From: Calcarisporiella thermophila CBS 279.70
Taxonomy: Eukaryota > Fungi > Calcarisporiellomycota
Reading direction: 5' to 3'
Assembly (NCBI RefSeq): GCF_041956535.1
Contig: NW_027192197.1
Span: forward strand, 889,647 to 953,646
Length of the DNA: 64,000 nt
Part shown: positions 1-13,176 of the stretch, piece by piece
How the letters are laid out: each line of letters opens with the position of its first letter
How positions within the stretch are numbered: position 1 is the first letter of the stretch
Notes under the pieces: generated by a model
Database searches by the model: none
Seen by the model: the letters and a program-made list of their open reading frames with translations, nothing else
Told to the model about the DNA's origin: nothing
Program-made: the position numbers and the translations under genes

Positions 1-73
1 TTAAGCACCCACATCAACTCTTCCAACCCATTTTTCACCCTATCTCAAAGAGAAAACCCCAAACCTATCTAAA

Positions 74-337
74 ATGTCTGACACTGGACGCAAAGGATTC
101 ATGGAGCAGGCCAAGGAGAAGATGACTCCAGAGGACCAAAAGTCCACCGGCCAAAAAATAAGTGAGTCGGTTTCGGGCGCAGCCGACAGGATGGCGGCGG
201 GAGTTACCCCCGAAAGCCAGAAATCGTACGGCCAGCAGGCGGCGGATTCAGCGCGCGGTGGAGCCGACCGTACCAGGGAGCAAGGCTCCTCGATGCTTGA
301 CAAAGCGAAAGACGCTCTTGGCATGAACAAAAAGTGA
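74..337 (+). CDS. HSP12: Hsp12/Hsp9-family small hydrophilic stress protein
   Basis: Intronless 87-aa ORF MSDTGRKGFMEQAKEKMTPEDQKS...VTPESQKSYGQQAAD matches the Hsp9/Hsp12 pattern; AATAAA downstream near 415. Confidence 0.88.
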   Translation: MSDTGRKGFMEQAKEKMTPEDQKSTGQKISESVSGAADRMAAGVTPESQKSYGQQAADSARGGADRTREQGSSMLDKAKDALGMNKK

Positions 338-910
338 TCTTGAGCTCTCCCAAAGTCATGTTCCCAACCTGGGGATCTCCCCTCTAAAGCATTGTGATAG
401 CGCTTTCACTTGTCAATAAATAAGGATTTAAAAAAAAAACCATCCAATTCCAAATTTCTGGTTATGTTTGGTCAACACACAAAACTATATTTATTCCGCA
501 TACTGATAAAATGAACAATTATTCTATCTATACGTCAAATGCAACGTAGAGAATCAGCTTTTCTTTGGCAGCGTTTTACTTTGCATGGAGATACTTGTAA
601 GTCTTATGGGAGCATCTTTTAGCGGCGAATTTTCTCAACCATCCCTATGGTTCTAGGAAGAAAAGCATTATAGCCATCCTATCTTCTCGAAGCCTTGTCT
701 TTTCTGCCCAGCTTTAAATTCTTATATATAAACAATGGCTTGTCCTTCAAAACAGCAAAGCCAGCTTACCACTCTATTCTGCCGAATTAAGTTCGCCCGC
801 CTCACCTCTACCGATTTCTAAAAATACCAAGAAATTCCAATCTTTTTTTTTTAATTTTCATTTTTTTGTCCTTCTCAACGATCATTGTAAAATTCAATTG
901 CATTCATCCA

Positions 911-2003
911 ATGTTCTCATTACCAAAAGCTTTCAAAGGCTCATCTCAAGCCAACAATGCAATACTTGAAAACGATGCATTTGCCGACTTTCCTTCTGTC
1001 GCCAAGTCCGAGGTAACCTTACTTAATTTCTATGAACAATTCATCCAACAAACTAACTAATGTGGTCATTGGGTGGACAGAATATTGCCCAATTACAAGA
1101 ATACATTGTAAGAATCCACAAAGCACACTACGAAAATGTAAATATCCAATCCTATCCCTAGTACAGCCTCAGAAATTTTAATCTTTCTTTACTTTTTTAC
1201 TCCACTCAAGTCTATCGCACTTCGCGACGCGTACGGAAAGATAGAATCCCTCACCAATGAGAATAGAGAGCAGAAGACAAACATACTTGATCTAACTGAT
1301 GAGAATTCAGAGCTCCGACGTGAGATGAAGCGTCTAGCGCGACAGAGTACGGACTTGGAAGACGTTTTTTCAGTGTGGCAATCCAAACTTGTGGAACAGG
1401 CGCAGCATGATAGAGCATTGCTCAATGAGGAGCATTTAGCAGAACGTGAGCGGCTTAAAAATAAGGTGAGTTTTGACGATGGGGCCCAGTAGGTGCCTGC
1501 AATTTACCCATCGCCTGTGAATGTTCGATGTTAGGTAGCGGAATTGGAGGAGGCTTTGCACATCGCCAACGATGAGATCCATCGACAAAGAATCCTCCTT
1601 AATGAGCACACTGCATCCGAGCGAGCCACTTCCCCCACTGCGCCCTCTTTCTCGTCTTTTTCAACCGCTCCAACGGAGGACCCTCCCAAACAGGAAAATG
1701 GGTCCGTTCCTTCCTATCCCCTTGAGAAACAAATTATCGACATCACCGAAAAGCGCGTCTCATTGCAGTTTGAGTTGGAGAAGGCTGAGGAGGAGAATGA
1801 CGTGCTCAAGGTACAAAGCTTTGTTGAGTTGAATAGCTCTCGTATGTTTTAACTCTCCTCTGTATTTTGTTTGGCCCGCTTAGTTGAAATACTTGCAGGC
1901 CCAGGAGCTCATCAACACTCTGAAAAACGAAAACAAGAGACTCAAGGAGCAGCTGCTAACAATAGAGGTGAACCGATCGATGGAGTCCATCAAGCTCGAC
2001 TAG
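911..2003 (+). CDS. Uncharacterised coiled-coil protein (5 exons, about 270-290 aa)
   Basis: ATG 911; GT-AG introns starting near 1013, 1108, 1466 and 1811 join E/K/L/Q-rich heptad-like segments (SIALRDAYGKIESLTNENREQK..., LKYLQAQELINTLKNENKRLKEQL); TAG 2001-2003. Confidence 0.65.
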
Positions 2004-2197
2004 GGTCCACTGGTGGAGCTTCTTGTATAGCTATTTATATCCTCTAGTTCTTCTGTGTAATAGTAGTCTCATTGTCTGCGTTCCCGAATCAATGGTTGTA
2101 TTTAGAATTATATCCCCGCACTCCCCTATATCCCCCCCCCTCGTCCCCGCATTCTCCCAACTCATCTAATAAATTCAGCATTAATGCAATTTGTCCG

Positions 2198-2382
2198 CTT
2201 GGCCCAGGCTACAGCCAGTGCAGCTTGATTTTCCCCCGCACAATCCACGGCGGGCCAAGGAAAAACGCACTCGGAAGTCCAGGTTGTTCCAAGCGAGTGC
2301 ACGGATCCCCCAGGTCGTGGATTCAATCTAGATGGGCCAATTCTGGGATCTCCGCCCGCTACCACGACTCTATCACCTGGGG
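2198..2382. ncRNA. Candidate structured RNA or element with three consecutive stem-loops, family unknown
   Basis: Pairings CTTGGCCC(2198-2205)/GGGCCAAG(2252-2259); GCACTCG(2267-2273)/CGAGTGC(2294-2300); CCCCAGGT(2308-2315)/ACCTGGGG(2375-2382) with inner GTCGTGG/CCACGAC. Confidence 0.3.
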
Positions 2383-2544
2383 CTTATAATCGGATGTGAT
2401 CTGCCCACGAAGTTTTAATTAAGCAATAAAAAGCCTTCAATTTTCCTGCTTATCAACGTGTCCTTCGAGTGGGATTTCTTTCAGTGATATTGCGAGTTTT
2501 TTTTTTGGCATTCCTTGATTCGCTTGCAGACGAAATTGAGAATA

Positions 2545-3593
2545 ATGCTGCTCAATATCCCTTCGCTCCCAGATCATTCCAAACTTCTGCTTTGTTGTGG
2601 TATATCGATTCCCTCCCTTTTTTTTCAATTTGCTTAGAATCAATCTTAATTTCATCCCTTCATTTCCATTCCATAGAATTCGCCTCGCGTAAACACGCGC
2701 TCCAAAAGAGAAAAGATGGAGTGACACGTAATTTTCTCTTTTGTTTGTATATAGCTGTTGTAGGAATTTAATGTGCTCTGGGTTATTCCAGCGTATATAG
2801 TGCATCCTCTGGGGGTAGCCAAATTACTTGTTGAGAGTGGTGTACATGATCTAGCAACGCTGCAGGTATGAGTCCTATGCTTCTATGCATTCGCATGTCG
2901 CTAATAGGAATACGATATACCTACGTATTACGTATATAGGCAGCCGTTTTACACGATTTAATCGAAGACACGGATACTACTTTAGAAGAGGTATTGTTAA
3001 TATATTATTCAGCGTGGAACTAACCCATCTTACCATGGTTGTGTCCGGGCAGCTCAACCAATGTTTCGGAAAAGAAGTGAGTGATCTCGTGGTTGAATGT
3101 AGCGACGACAAATCACTTCCCAAACAGGTCCGCAAACGCTTGCAGATTGAACATGCCCCCCAGGTTTCATTTAAGGTGATTCCTCAACTCTTGTCAGATT
3201 ATTTCTGTGTTTAATAGGGTTGGAATGTGAATTTTGACGCACAGGCGAAAAACATCAAGCTGGCCGACAAGCTATACAATCTCCGCGACTTAACGCAATG
3301 CGTTCCTAAAGGATGGACACCTGAGCGAGTGCAGGAGTATTTTGTATGGGCTAAACAAGTGACGGATCGTACGTAGCCCCTTCTACCCTCCTCCCTTCCC
3401 CCATAAAAACCAACCTAATTCCTCTCTCCATTCTTGGCACACCCTCTATTTGTCATTGGTGTGGGTAGAGCTTAAAGGGACAAACCACTTTCTCGAAATG
3501 CAGCTGGACTCGGTCTATTCCACAGGAGAGTTTACCTTTGAGGGTAAGACCTACAAGGCCTATCCGGAGCATACTGAATCTGAGAAAGTGTGA
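2545..3593 (+). CDS. MESH1: MESH1/HDDC3-type HD-domain hydrolase ((p)ppGpp hydrolase / NADPH phosphatase family), 7 exons, catalytic motifs intact
   Basis: Spliced translation: [26 protein letters not shown]...[17 protein letters not shown]...[22 protein letters not shown]...[12 protein letters not shown]...[17 protein letters not shown]...LKGTN, colinear with animal HDDC3. Confidence 0.93.
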
Positions 3594-4014
3594 CGGACAA
3601 GGTACCTTAGGGCTAGCACGTCCATTCAACCTCAAGCAGGCTATAATCTCTCTTTTTTTGTACAGCTAGTGTATTATTCTAATTATCTCAAGAACAGCTA
3701 TAAAGTGGTAGTAAAATGGTATAAAATAGCATAACAAAGAAACGAAAAGCATTAGAACCATGGTCTTCAAATGAACACAGGTCATTCCCATTTAAAAGAG
3801 GGGGGTGGGTGGTATGATATCCAAAATGAAAAAAAAAAACAAGAAAAAAAGGAGGGAGATCTTTGCCGAGTCATCGGAAGGTATCATCCACTTCAAAATA
3901 CAATAAAGATAGGAGACTAGAACTATACGTAGAGGTGGCATCAGTTTTGTGGTATTTTTTTCGGGGGGAGGGGGGGAACTATCAAACAGAGGCGAAGAGA
4001 TTCTCTAAAAAGCT

Positions 4015-5239
4015 TTATACAAGGCAAACCTCTAAAGTCCAAGTTCTCCGACACCATACTCGAGCAGGGATGGTCCGATCCGGGCCAACTCTGAGATCGA
4101 CTCCTTCCCACCAAACCTTTCTCTGTAAATTAAATGAAGAACAAAGCAAACAAAATGGATCAGCCTATCTTGGTTTGGAGCCATCTTAACATTGGCAGCG
4201 GAGCACTTACAGCTGGTTTCTTCCAGAATAAGAGCAGCTTTTGGGCACCCGCAGTCTGGCCCGGATTCTCCGGCCTCAAGACCGCCATGGCCAGGCTATT
4301 AATGAGGGTACGCCCAGGTTCCAAGTGACGGTAACCCCACTCCGCCTCACGGGAGAATCCTGACACGCACAGCAAATCAATCAGCTGTTGTTCAGTAGCG
4401 TTGCTCGTCGCATTGCGCTTAAGGGCTTCGAACACTCCGCGCTGAAACAGAAGTTGCTTGCCGCATTCGTCCTTGAGCTCGCGCAAACTTGGGGTAGAGT
4501 CCTTGTAAATTTTACTTACAGGCGGGTGAATCGACGCGATAAGGGGAGAGCTAGGGGAAGAGGGAGAGGAAGAGGAGGCAGAGGAAGGGGAGACGAACGG
4601 GAGCTTGCGCTTGATGGAAATGGGAGAGATCATCCTTGCTTCGGTGGCGGAGCCAGCCTTTTTCCCATTAGGGGGGGAGAAAATGGTAAAATATTCAAGC
4701 TCTTCTTTAAGTGCCAACACAGGCAGACGATTAGCATCGAAAATCTGGGGTAAAGTGGAGGGTATTGATGCCGGCATCTCAGCGGCAGTTTCTCTTGCAT
4801 GCTCGTAGAACTTGAGAATGTAGACTAGACAGCCGGGATCAAAATCAACAAAGAATGTTTGCGACTGCATCTTGTACGAGTATTGCTTCTGGTCTCTCCC
4901 ACCATTCAGCTCCCCATCATCGTCATCCAGCACGCGGGGTATTGTTCCATCAGGAAACATGGAAAACATTATGGTCTCTGGCAATATTGGGAAGGTGTCG
5001 CGATCGAGCTCGATACGAGTCCCACGCATGTCAAGATAGAAGCGACGCAAAGGCGTGTCACTAGTAGAATGGTATATATAGTCGGGGGGTCTAGAGCTGA
5101 GGGACGAGGATGTGGAGGGATCGGGGGTATGATTTATTGGGGATCCATTGGGTTTGAGACAGATGGAATCATTGGTAGAGCCATCGACGGTGCGCTTGCG
5201 GAAGGGAAAAGGAAGGCGGAAGGAGCGCTCAGTTGCCAT
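4015..5239 (-). CDS. WHI2: Whi2-like BTB-related stress/nutrient signalling protein (2 exons)
   Basis: FVDFDPGCLVYIL, LKEELEYF, EQQLIDLLCVSGF, WGYRHLEP, KLLLFWKKPA then after an intron RKVWWEG...VWCRRTWTLEVCLV*. Confidence 0.85.
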
Positions 5240-5635
5240 TTTGACTCTCCCCTTGGCGTATCAAAGAGAATTGGGAATATCAGAGAGCTAAAGGTAGCGG
5301 ATGAGGGTTGGATATATGATTAGGGCAAGGAAGCATTAATGAGCTACTGGCGATGATAATCGTAATATAACATAAGCGGCGTGATAATTAGGATGATCTG
5401 TGTTTATTTTGTTTTTTCCTACAATTTACTGGAAAAGGGCCACAAAGTCATATTATATTTATATGTATAAAAAAGGTGGGGGAATTTTCGCTTCTATTCC
5501 GCGTTTGCCACAGATATAAAAAAGATTGCCGATTTACACGCTTGAGCCGTACTCTTATTTTTTGCGCCTTGAGAAAAAACAACATTTTTGCTTTCTGGTT
5601 GCACACACAGCATGAGTCTCGGGCACAAAGCTAAC

Positions 5636-6319
5636 TCAGTTCGAGAGTTGGAACTTTCTCAGATATTCCGTGGTGGCTAAGGAGAATCCTTCGCCCGGAG
5701 CGTAGAGGGTCTCGTTCATGGCTCCATCCATATCATAGCCATACTTGCCCATGATGCGCTCCACAGCCAGCGAGGTGTTTCCCTCGCCCTCACACCCTCC
5801 CTCGTCCCCAAGCGACTTCCCGGGGTGATCCTCATTTGTTCCCTCTTTTCCAAAATGAACCGAGCGACGGTATTTCGAGGTAGACGCCCTCTCTGCTGTA
5901 CTTGGCGTGAACACTAGCGAACATGCTTCCCAATCCTCTCCCACAGCCGCTTCGCCAACACAACATTTGTCACCCAACTGGGCCTCCAACATTAACACCT
6001 TTCCCTTCACTCTTTCCTCTGTCCAACATCTCACCGCGTCCCTTTCGCTCTTAGATCTAGCGCCATTCCAGACGGGAAGCACGATGTCATCTCGCAGCAG
6101 GTAAGTTGGCTCTCTTTTTCCATCGCGCGTTGTCTTTCCGGGATCGAAACGATCGATTATCAAGCTCTCTTCTTGCCATCGGCCCAGGAGAAATGCATTA
6201 GCTTGTTGGGTTGATGCTACAAAAAAATGCGTGTGCATGACTTTGAGGACCAGGGGACGAACAATAAGCACATGAGGCACTAAGCCTATTGTGTGGGTAG
6301 GATACAGAGTATCTCGCAT
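5636..6319 (-). CDS. Compact STIL/Ana2/SAS-5-like protein (STIL_N-like segment plus STAN-like motif)
   Basis: Intronless 227 aa; AFLLG...LIIDRFDPG...PTYLLRDDIVLP resembles the STIL N-terminal block; C-terminal TSLAVERIMGKY...FSLATTEYLRKFQL resembles the STAN motif. Confidence 0.62.
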   Translation of the reverse strand: MRDTLYPTHTIGLVPHVLIVRPLVLKVMHTHFFVASTQQANAFLLGRWQEESLIIDRFDPGKTTRDGKREPTYLLRDDIVLPVWNGARSKSERDAVRCWTEERVKGKVLMLEAQLGDKCCVGEAAVGEDWEACSLVFTPSTAERASTSKYRRSVHFGKEGTNEDHPGKSLGDEGGCEGEGNTSLAVERIMGKYGYDMDGAMNETLYAPGEGFSLATTEYLRKFQLSN

Positions 6320-6653
6320 ATACGGTTTGAAGTTTCAATCAATTTAGGAAGCTCTCATGAATGGTTGCGATTACGAGAATATACCAAACAAAATCAAAAC
6401 GTGTCGCGTCGTGTCTAAAATAAATCGAAAGACGCTGTCTGAAACTCGATTTCAACCCTCCCAATTTCAAAGGTGTGAAGAAATTATAAGGATGAGAAAG
6501 GGAATCAAGCATGATTTTCAAAGGAAGTGGAGTGGGGCTGGCAGCCCAGCTGGAAAATATTTTAAAAAGTTATATGTATTGATTTTCGCATCGACGATAA
6601 AAAGGCAAAAGAAAAAAAGTTATGAACTCAGGAGAGGCGGCCTAAGGGGTGAT

Positions 6654-7535
<882 letters not shown>

Positions 7536-7895
7536 TTAGATCATCATTACCAAAACACAATAGTGCTACGCATGCATCAATCCATCCATCATTTGCCTCC
7601 ATCCAACAATCCTATCTTCTTGTGTTGGATATTTTACTGTCTCATCCATCCTCTTTTGTTCCCCTCAGCATGCTTTCTTTCTCTATTTCGATACTCACCT
7701 TCTTCGGCGAAAGAGGGAGAACTAAAAATCCTGCGCTCACCCTTCTCTTTTCTTCCTCTCTCGGGAGGCAGGATCTCAGTGACTGTTACTACGCCACAAA
7801 TGGGACTGCAAATGTGATGACAAATGGTATATTAATTACCAATTCGTCCATTGCTGATTCATGCTTTTCAAACTTGCAACCATTTAACTGGCACT

Positions 7896-9134
7896 ATGCC
7901 CACACGAGAAGATATACCATCTGAAGCCCCCGAACACTGTCCGGTAAATCATCAAAACCCATTACCCAGTAATTGATGTTGGCTTACTTTTGGATCCTTA
8001 GGGCACCAACAGTACGGAGGCCGGGAAAGCGGATGCTTGTGCCGGCTGTCCCAACCAGCAAGCCTGTGCCACGGCGCCCAAGGGTCCTGATCCAGGTAGA
8101 AGAAACGAAATGATCGCGGCCTCATTCTTGTTCTCATACCGTTTCTGCTTTAGATCTCCCGCTGATTCAGGAGCGACTCAAAGATGTGAAAAACAAGATC
8201 CTGATTCTCTCTGGTAAGGGCGGGGTTGGAAAGAGCAGCTTTACTGCCCAGCTCGCTTTCGCTCTTGCGCACATTGCTGATGAGGACGAGGAAGAAAATT
8301 TCAATCAAATTGGCGTGGTGGACATCGATGTATGTGGCCCATCCATTCCCAAGATCATGGGATTGGAAGGCGAGCGAATCCATCAAAGCAATTTGGGATG
8401 GTCGCCTGTGTACGTGCAGGATAATCTAGGGGTTATGTCTATTGGATTTCTGTTGCCGAATGCAGACGATGCAGTCATTTGGCGCGGACCAAAGAAAAAT
8501 GGACTGATCAAGCAGTTCTTGAAAGATGTGGAGTGGGGCCCTCTGGACTTCCTCCTTGTAGATACCCCTCCCGGAACCTCCGACGAACACCTTTCTATAG
8601 CTCAATTTCTCAAAGACTCGGGTGTGGATGGTGCAGTTCTTGTCACAACCCCACAGGAGGTCGCCCTCCAGGATGTGCGCAAAGAGATTGATTTCTGCAG
8701 GAAGGTGAAAATACCTATCCTTGGAGTGGTAGAGAATATGAGAGGGTTCGTATGTCCAGGATGTAAGAAGGAATCTCAGATATTTTTGCCCACAACGGGT
8801 GGGGCCGTGAAAATGGCATCCGATATGGGAGTGCCTTATTTGGGGGCGATCCCACTAGATCCGAGGATAGGTAGATAATTTTACACGTTTTACATTGACG
8901 TATATACTCGAAAATAACCTCTGGAATCCCCCATTCTTTAGCAAAGTCATGCGACGCCGGCGTTTCCTTCCTAGAAGAATATCCAGATTCGCCTGCGTGC
9001 CAGTCATTCAAAGATATTGTTAACAGTAAGATCATTAGTTTCCTTTCGCTTTCGAGGGTTTTCATTGATTTTTTTTTCCTCGGCACTCTTTATCTACAGA
9101 TTTGAAGTCCCAACTGCGTGCAAAACTAAATTAG
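7896..9134 (+). CDS. NBP35: Cytosolic Fe-S cluster assembly scaffold Nbp35/NUBP1
   Basis: N-terminal Cys motif PEHCPG...[12 protein letters not shown]-loop [32 protein letters not shown]; 4 introns. Confidence 0.96.
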
Positions 9135-9455
9135 AGGATATGCCTCTCGCAGTGCCTCTCGCTCCATATCTTAGAATTTCTTTTTTGTATTAACTCTCCT
9201 ACTGCACTTTCTTCAAATCAGATTGAAGCGAGCTATGCATTGTATTTATATATTTCGTGTGAAAAGAATTCGCCTGCGTTGTTATAATAAACTCAATATT
9301 CACCACGCTATTCTATCAAGATCTTGTTGAATGAATACTATCAATTCTCGAGTGCCGTTTTATTGAATTCGAAAATACTGGGTGGCAAGAGTGGCGGTGC
9401 ATCAAGATCCCAGCCCTGCACCTTCCGACCCTTTTTATTTTCCTCTCTAGATAAA

Positions 9456-12400
9456 ATGAACGATTCCATTCGGCGACTACTTCGCACAGAAGATCAATGT
9501 TTACGAAGCTATAACATCACACTGGAGGGGGTGGGCTGTGTGCTGGCGATTATTGAAAATAAAGGGGAGAAATGGTTTGTGTGAAATGCATTCTTTAGGC
9601 TCATTGCAGTCAAATCTTAGGTCACATGCTTACAACAGTAAATTTGGTACAGTTTAATTATCGTGAAAGAGAAGGGTTCAACAGAGCCAAAAATCGAGGC
9701 TACATTTAAAGTGGACAACGAGTTTACAATTACGCGCGGTAAGTTTCCAAAGAGCTCAATATTATTGACAAAATAGTATTGAATATTGCACCAATTTCAT
9801 TCCGCTCAAAAGAGAATGGAGTGGAACATCCAACGATCGTTATAAACGGTTCCGGAAGGACAATGAAAATACAAACCAGCGAGGATGCTGTAAGAGATCT
9901 ACTGAATATACCTAAACCAGCAGGTCTAGTTTTATAATATATATGAACCCCTTAGCATACATACTCATAGCGTGTTCTCACTATAGAAAATCTGGAATCG
10001 CATCGCTGGGTAGAGTACTATGAAGCACTACGACGTCCTGAGTTAGCGAGCACTGAACATTCACAGTCGACAACTGAGGGTGCACATCACTAATTTGGAT
10101 TATGTGTTTTTTTCGGAATACTCATATTTACTCTTTTCCAAAATATAACACAGACCCAAAGGCACTCCTCGAAAAAAGTAGCGCACCCATGCCACCCATC
10201 AATCCTTTTATGAGTACTTCTCATGGTGGAGCCACTATGGAGTCTCCGCTTGGCAACATGTCATTAATGAGAGCGGTGAAGGAAGAATGGGTTTCGAATG
10301 AAATGATGCGGAGAGAGAGCGAGTTTGTCACTTATGAAAACATACGGTAGGCCTCTCCGCTCTCTGTGCTTTTGATCACGACATTTAAAGAACCTGTTTA
10401 TCCTCCTTAGTATCTTCGTCGGCACCTATAACGTCATGGGCAAGACTTCGGAGGATTGTCTTCACCCATGGTTTGCATGGGAAGAGAATGAGATGCCTGA
10501 TCTCATAGCATTGGGATTCCAGGAGGTAGACATTGGAGCCGAGGCACTGATCATTACCGACGTTAAGCGAGAAATCAATTGGCATAAGGCGGTGTGCTCT
10601 GGACTTGGGAAGCATGCAGAGCTATACGAAAAAGTAAAGATATCATTGAGCTGCAAAATATAACTGCAGAGGGAATGGTTAGACACTGAAAGATTATTCT
10701 GGATTTTACTGGTTTAGGTTGGGTCTTGTCAAATGGCGGGTTTATTGATCCTTGTATTTGCCAAGATGGAGTTCTTACCGTTTATTCATAACGTTGCTAC
10801 TGACTTTGCGGGCACTGGCATCATGGGCCTGATGGGAAACAAGGGCGGAGTCGCGGTGCGCCTGGGCTTTCGTGATTCGTATTTTACCTTTGTGAATGCC
10901 CATCTCGCCGCCTTCACCAACCAGGTCGAGCGCCGCAACCAGGACTATGCGGAGCTGTGTCGCCGTTTGGGCTTTCCTCTTCCCTCCAGATCCACCAACG
11001 ATCTTGGATACGCCCCGTGGTTGTATGCGTCCAATCGATATATGAACGCGGTGCCGGGGGATATGCGTGCCTTGTCGTTATTCGAGAGCGACCATGTCTT
11101 CTTCTTTGGAGATCTAAACTATCGGGTCACACTTCCCGAAGAGGATGTAAAAAAGCTCCTGAGCCAAGGGGAAATGGACCTGCTATTGGGGCACGATCAG
11201 CTCACGGTGGAGAAGCGTGCCGGTCGTGTTTTCGACGGATTCCACGAGGGCAAAATTCAATTCGCACCCAGCTACAAATACGTGGTCGGGACAGATGATT
11301 TGTACTCCAACGAAAAGGCGAAGCGCAGCCCTTCCTGGACGGATCGCATTTTGTGGTTCAATCGAGGCGATATAGAGCTTCTTAACTACACCAGCCATCC
11401 CTCAGTTCGAATCAGCGACCACAAGCCCGTCAGTGCACTCTTCAGTGCCTCTGTCCGCCGAGTTCTTCCAGAAGAGCGCCACAAGGCCCAAGCGGCTTTA
11501 TTGCGCGAGTTGGACCGATTCGAGAATGAGTGTATCCCAGATGCAAGTGTCGAGCCTTTAATGCTCGACTTTAGCGACGTAAGGTATCTAGTAAGTGAGT
11601 CTAGGACAATCACACTGTCCAACCGAGGACAAATCGCTGCCGCCTTTCGTTTTCTGCCTAAATCCTCTGGTGAAAAAGTATTTAAAAGCTGGTTGCGGGC
11701 AAGCCCACCCCGTGGTATCGTTTTGCCTGGTAAGAAATGGGAAAACTGCGCCTGTTGTTTCAAATACACCATGTCAAGCAACTCTCTAACCGAATTGCTC
11801 CCATTCATAGGCGAGAAACTGGAAATTACGCTGACCATTTTTGTGGACGAAATCTCGGCTACTCCTCTCAACCTCGAACCAAGCTCACTAAATGACATCC
11901 TCATTCTTCACCTTGAGCATGGGCGCGACTTCTTTATCTCCGTATCCGGAAACTGGCTGCCTACCTGCTTCGCGCAGCCGCTCGAGAGGCTGGTGCGTTT
12001 CCCTTGTCCAATCCGAGAGATAGATCCAACCAAAGAAGTCGAGGACCAACTCTTGCCGCACGACCGGCAACTCTCCCTGCCTCGCGAGCTGTACAGAATG
12101 ATCGACTTCATTGCCACACAGCCTCCACCACGATCGCCCTTATTCTTGACCTCCGGCGATCAGCGGACCATCGTATATATAAGGGAGTGCTTGGATACCG
12201 GTGCCGATTTCGACCTCGACAAGATGCGTCATGCAACTACGGCTGCCTCCTCTTCCGAAGAGAACCCACCTTCTGGGGACGATCCCAGTGTGGATGAGCT
12301 CGAGCTCCCCACCCACTCCATGGCTGAAACCCTCATCAAGTTTTTGGCCGCACTCCCGGACCCACTCATTCCATTTTCCGCCTACGCGCAGTGCGTGGAG

Positions 12401-12760
12401 GTAGGGTGGAAATCGCGGGAAAATGCCTACTTGGTTTTGGACAAGATGAGCCATGTCCATGTCAATGCTTTCTTGATTATCACCTCCTTCCTGAGAGAGA
12501 TGATGATCCGCACGGGGCGGACCAGTCAGGCCGATATCGAAAGTCTTGGTAAGTAATCGATCATGACAGAAAGCCAAGCTGGCAACCCACACTGACTTTG
12601 ACGTTTTGGCACTTATCTAGTTATGGTATTCTCGGCCGTGATGATACGTCTTCCTTCACCCGGACAAGACTTGCCTTCCGCCAACAACCTCGTGCGCTCA
12701 ACCGAATCCGCCCTCCGGAAACGCATCGCCTTCCTGACGCATTTCCTTGTTGAGGAATAA
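9456..12760 (+). CDS. OCRL/INPP5B-type inositol polyphosphate 5-phosphatase (5-phosphatase, ASH and RhoGAP-like domains)
   Basis: GNKGGVAVRL, FFGDLNYR, PSWTDRIL, SDHKPV; RELDRFENECIP; DILILHLEHGRDFFISVSGNW; RhoGAP-like tail AETLIKFLAALPDPLIPF. The 5' exon boundaries are approximate. Confidence 0.9.
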
Positions 12761-13176
12761 CCATTACCATCCCCCTCCCTTCTTTTTTTTTATAGTGGCG
12801 TGATACCTCTTTTTCGATTAGGGCTCGTTTCGCCATGATTTTTATTTGAAGATTAGGATATCTGTTTGAAATTTTGTATAAAACGATAGAGATTTTGCTC
12901 AAACTCCAGCGAAAGGATACAGCCCCCTTACCCATATATTTGTGCGCGGAATTTTAGAAAAGTCATCATTTTTCTAAATTTTATACACTGAGATAAAAAG
13001 AGACAAAAAAAAAGGCGTAAAAGAGTATAAAAGAGAAAACATTGAATTAGTCAAGGAGAAAACTGTTTCGACATTCCTTGAAAATTATCTAAAATTTAAC
13101 AAAGGACATGGGCATCAAAAGCATCTACAAAATTCAACCAACTAAATCGCATCCTTAGTTCCCATCACACCGGGAT

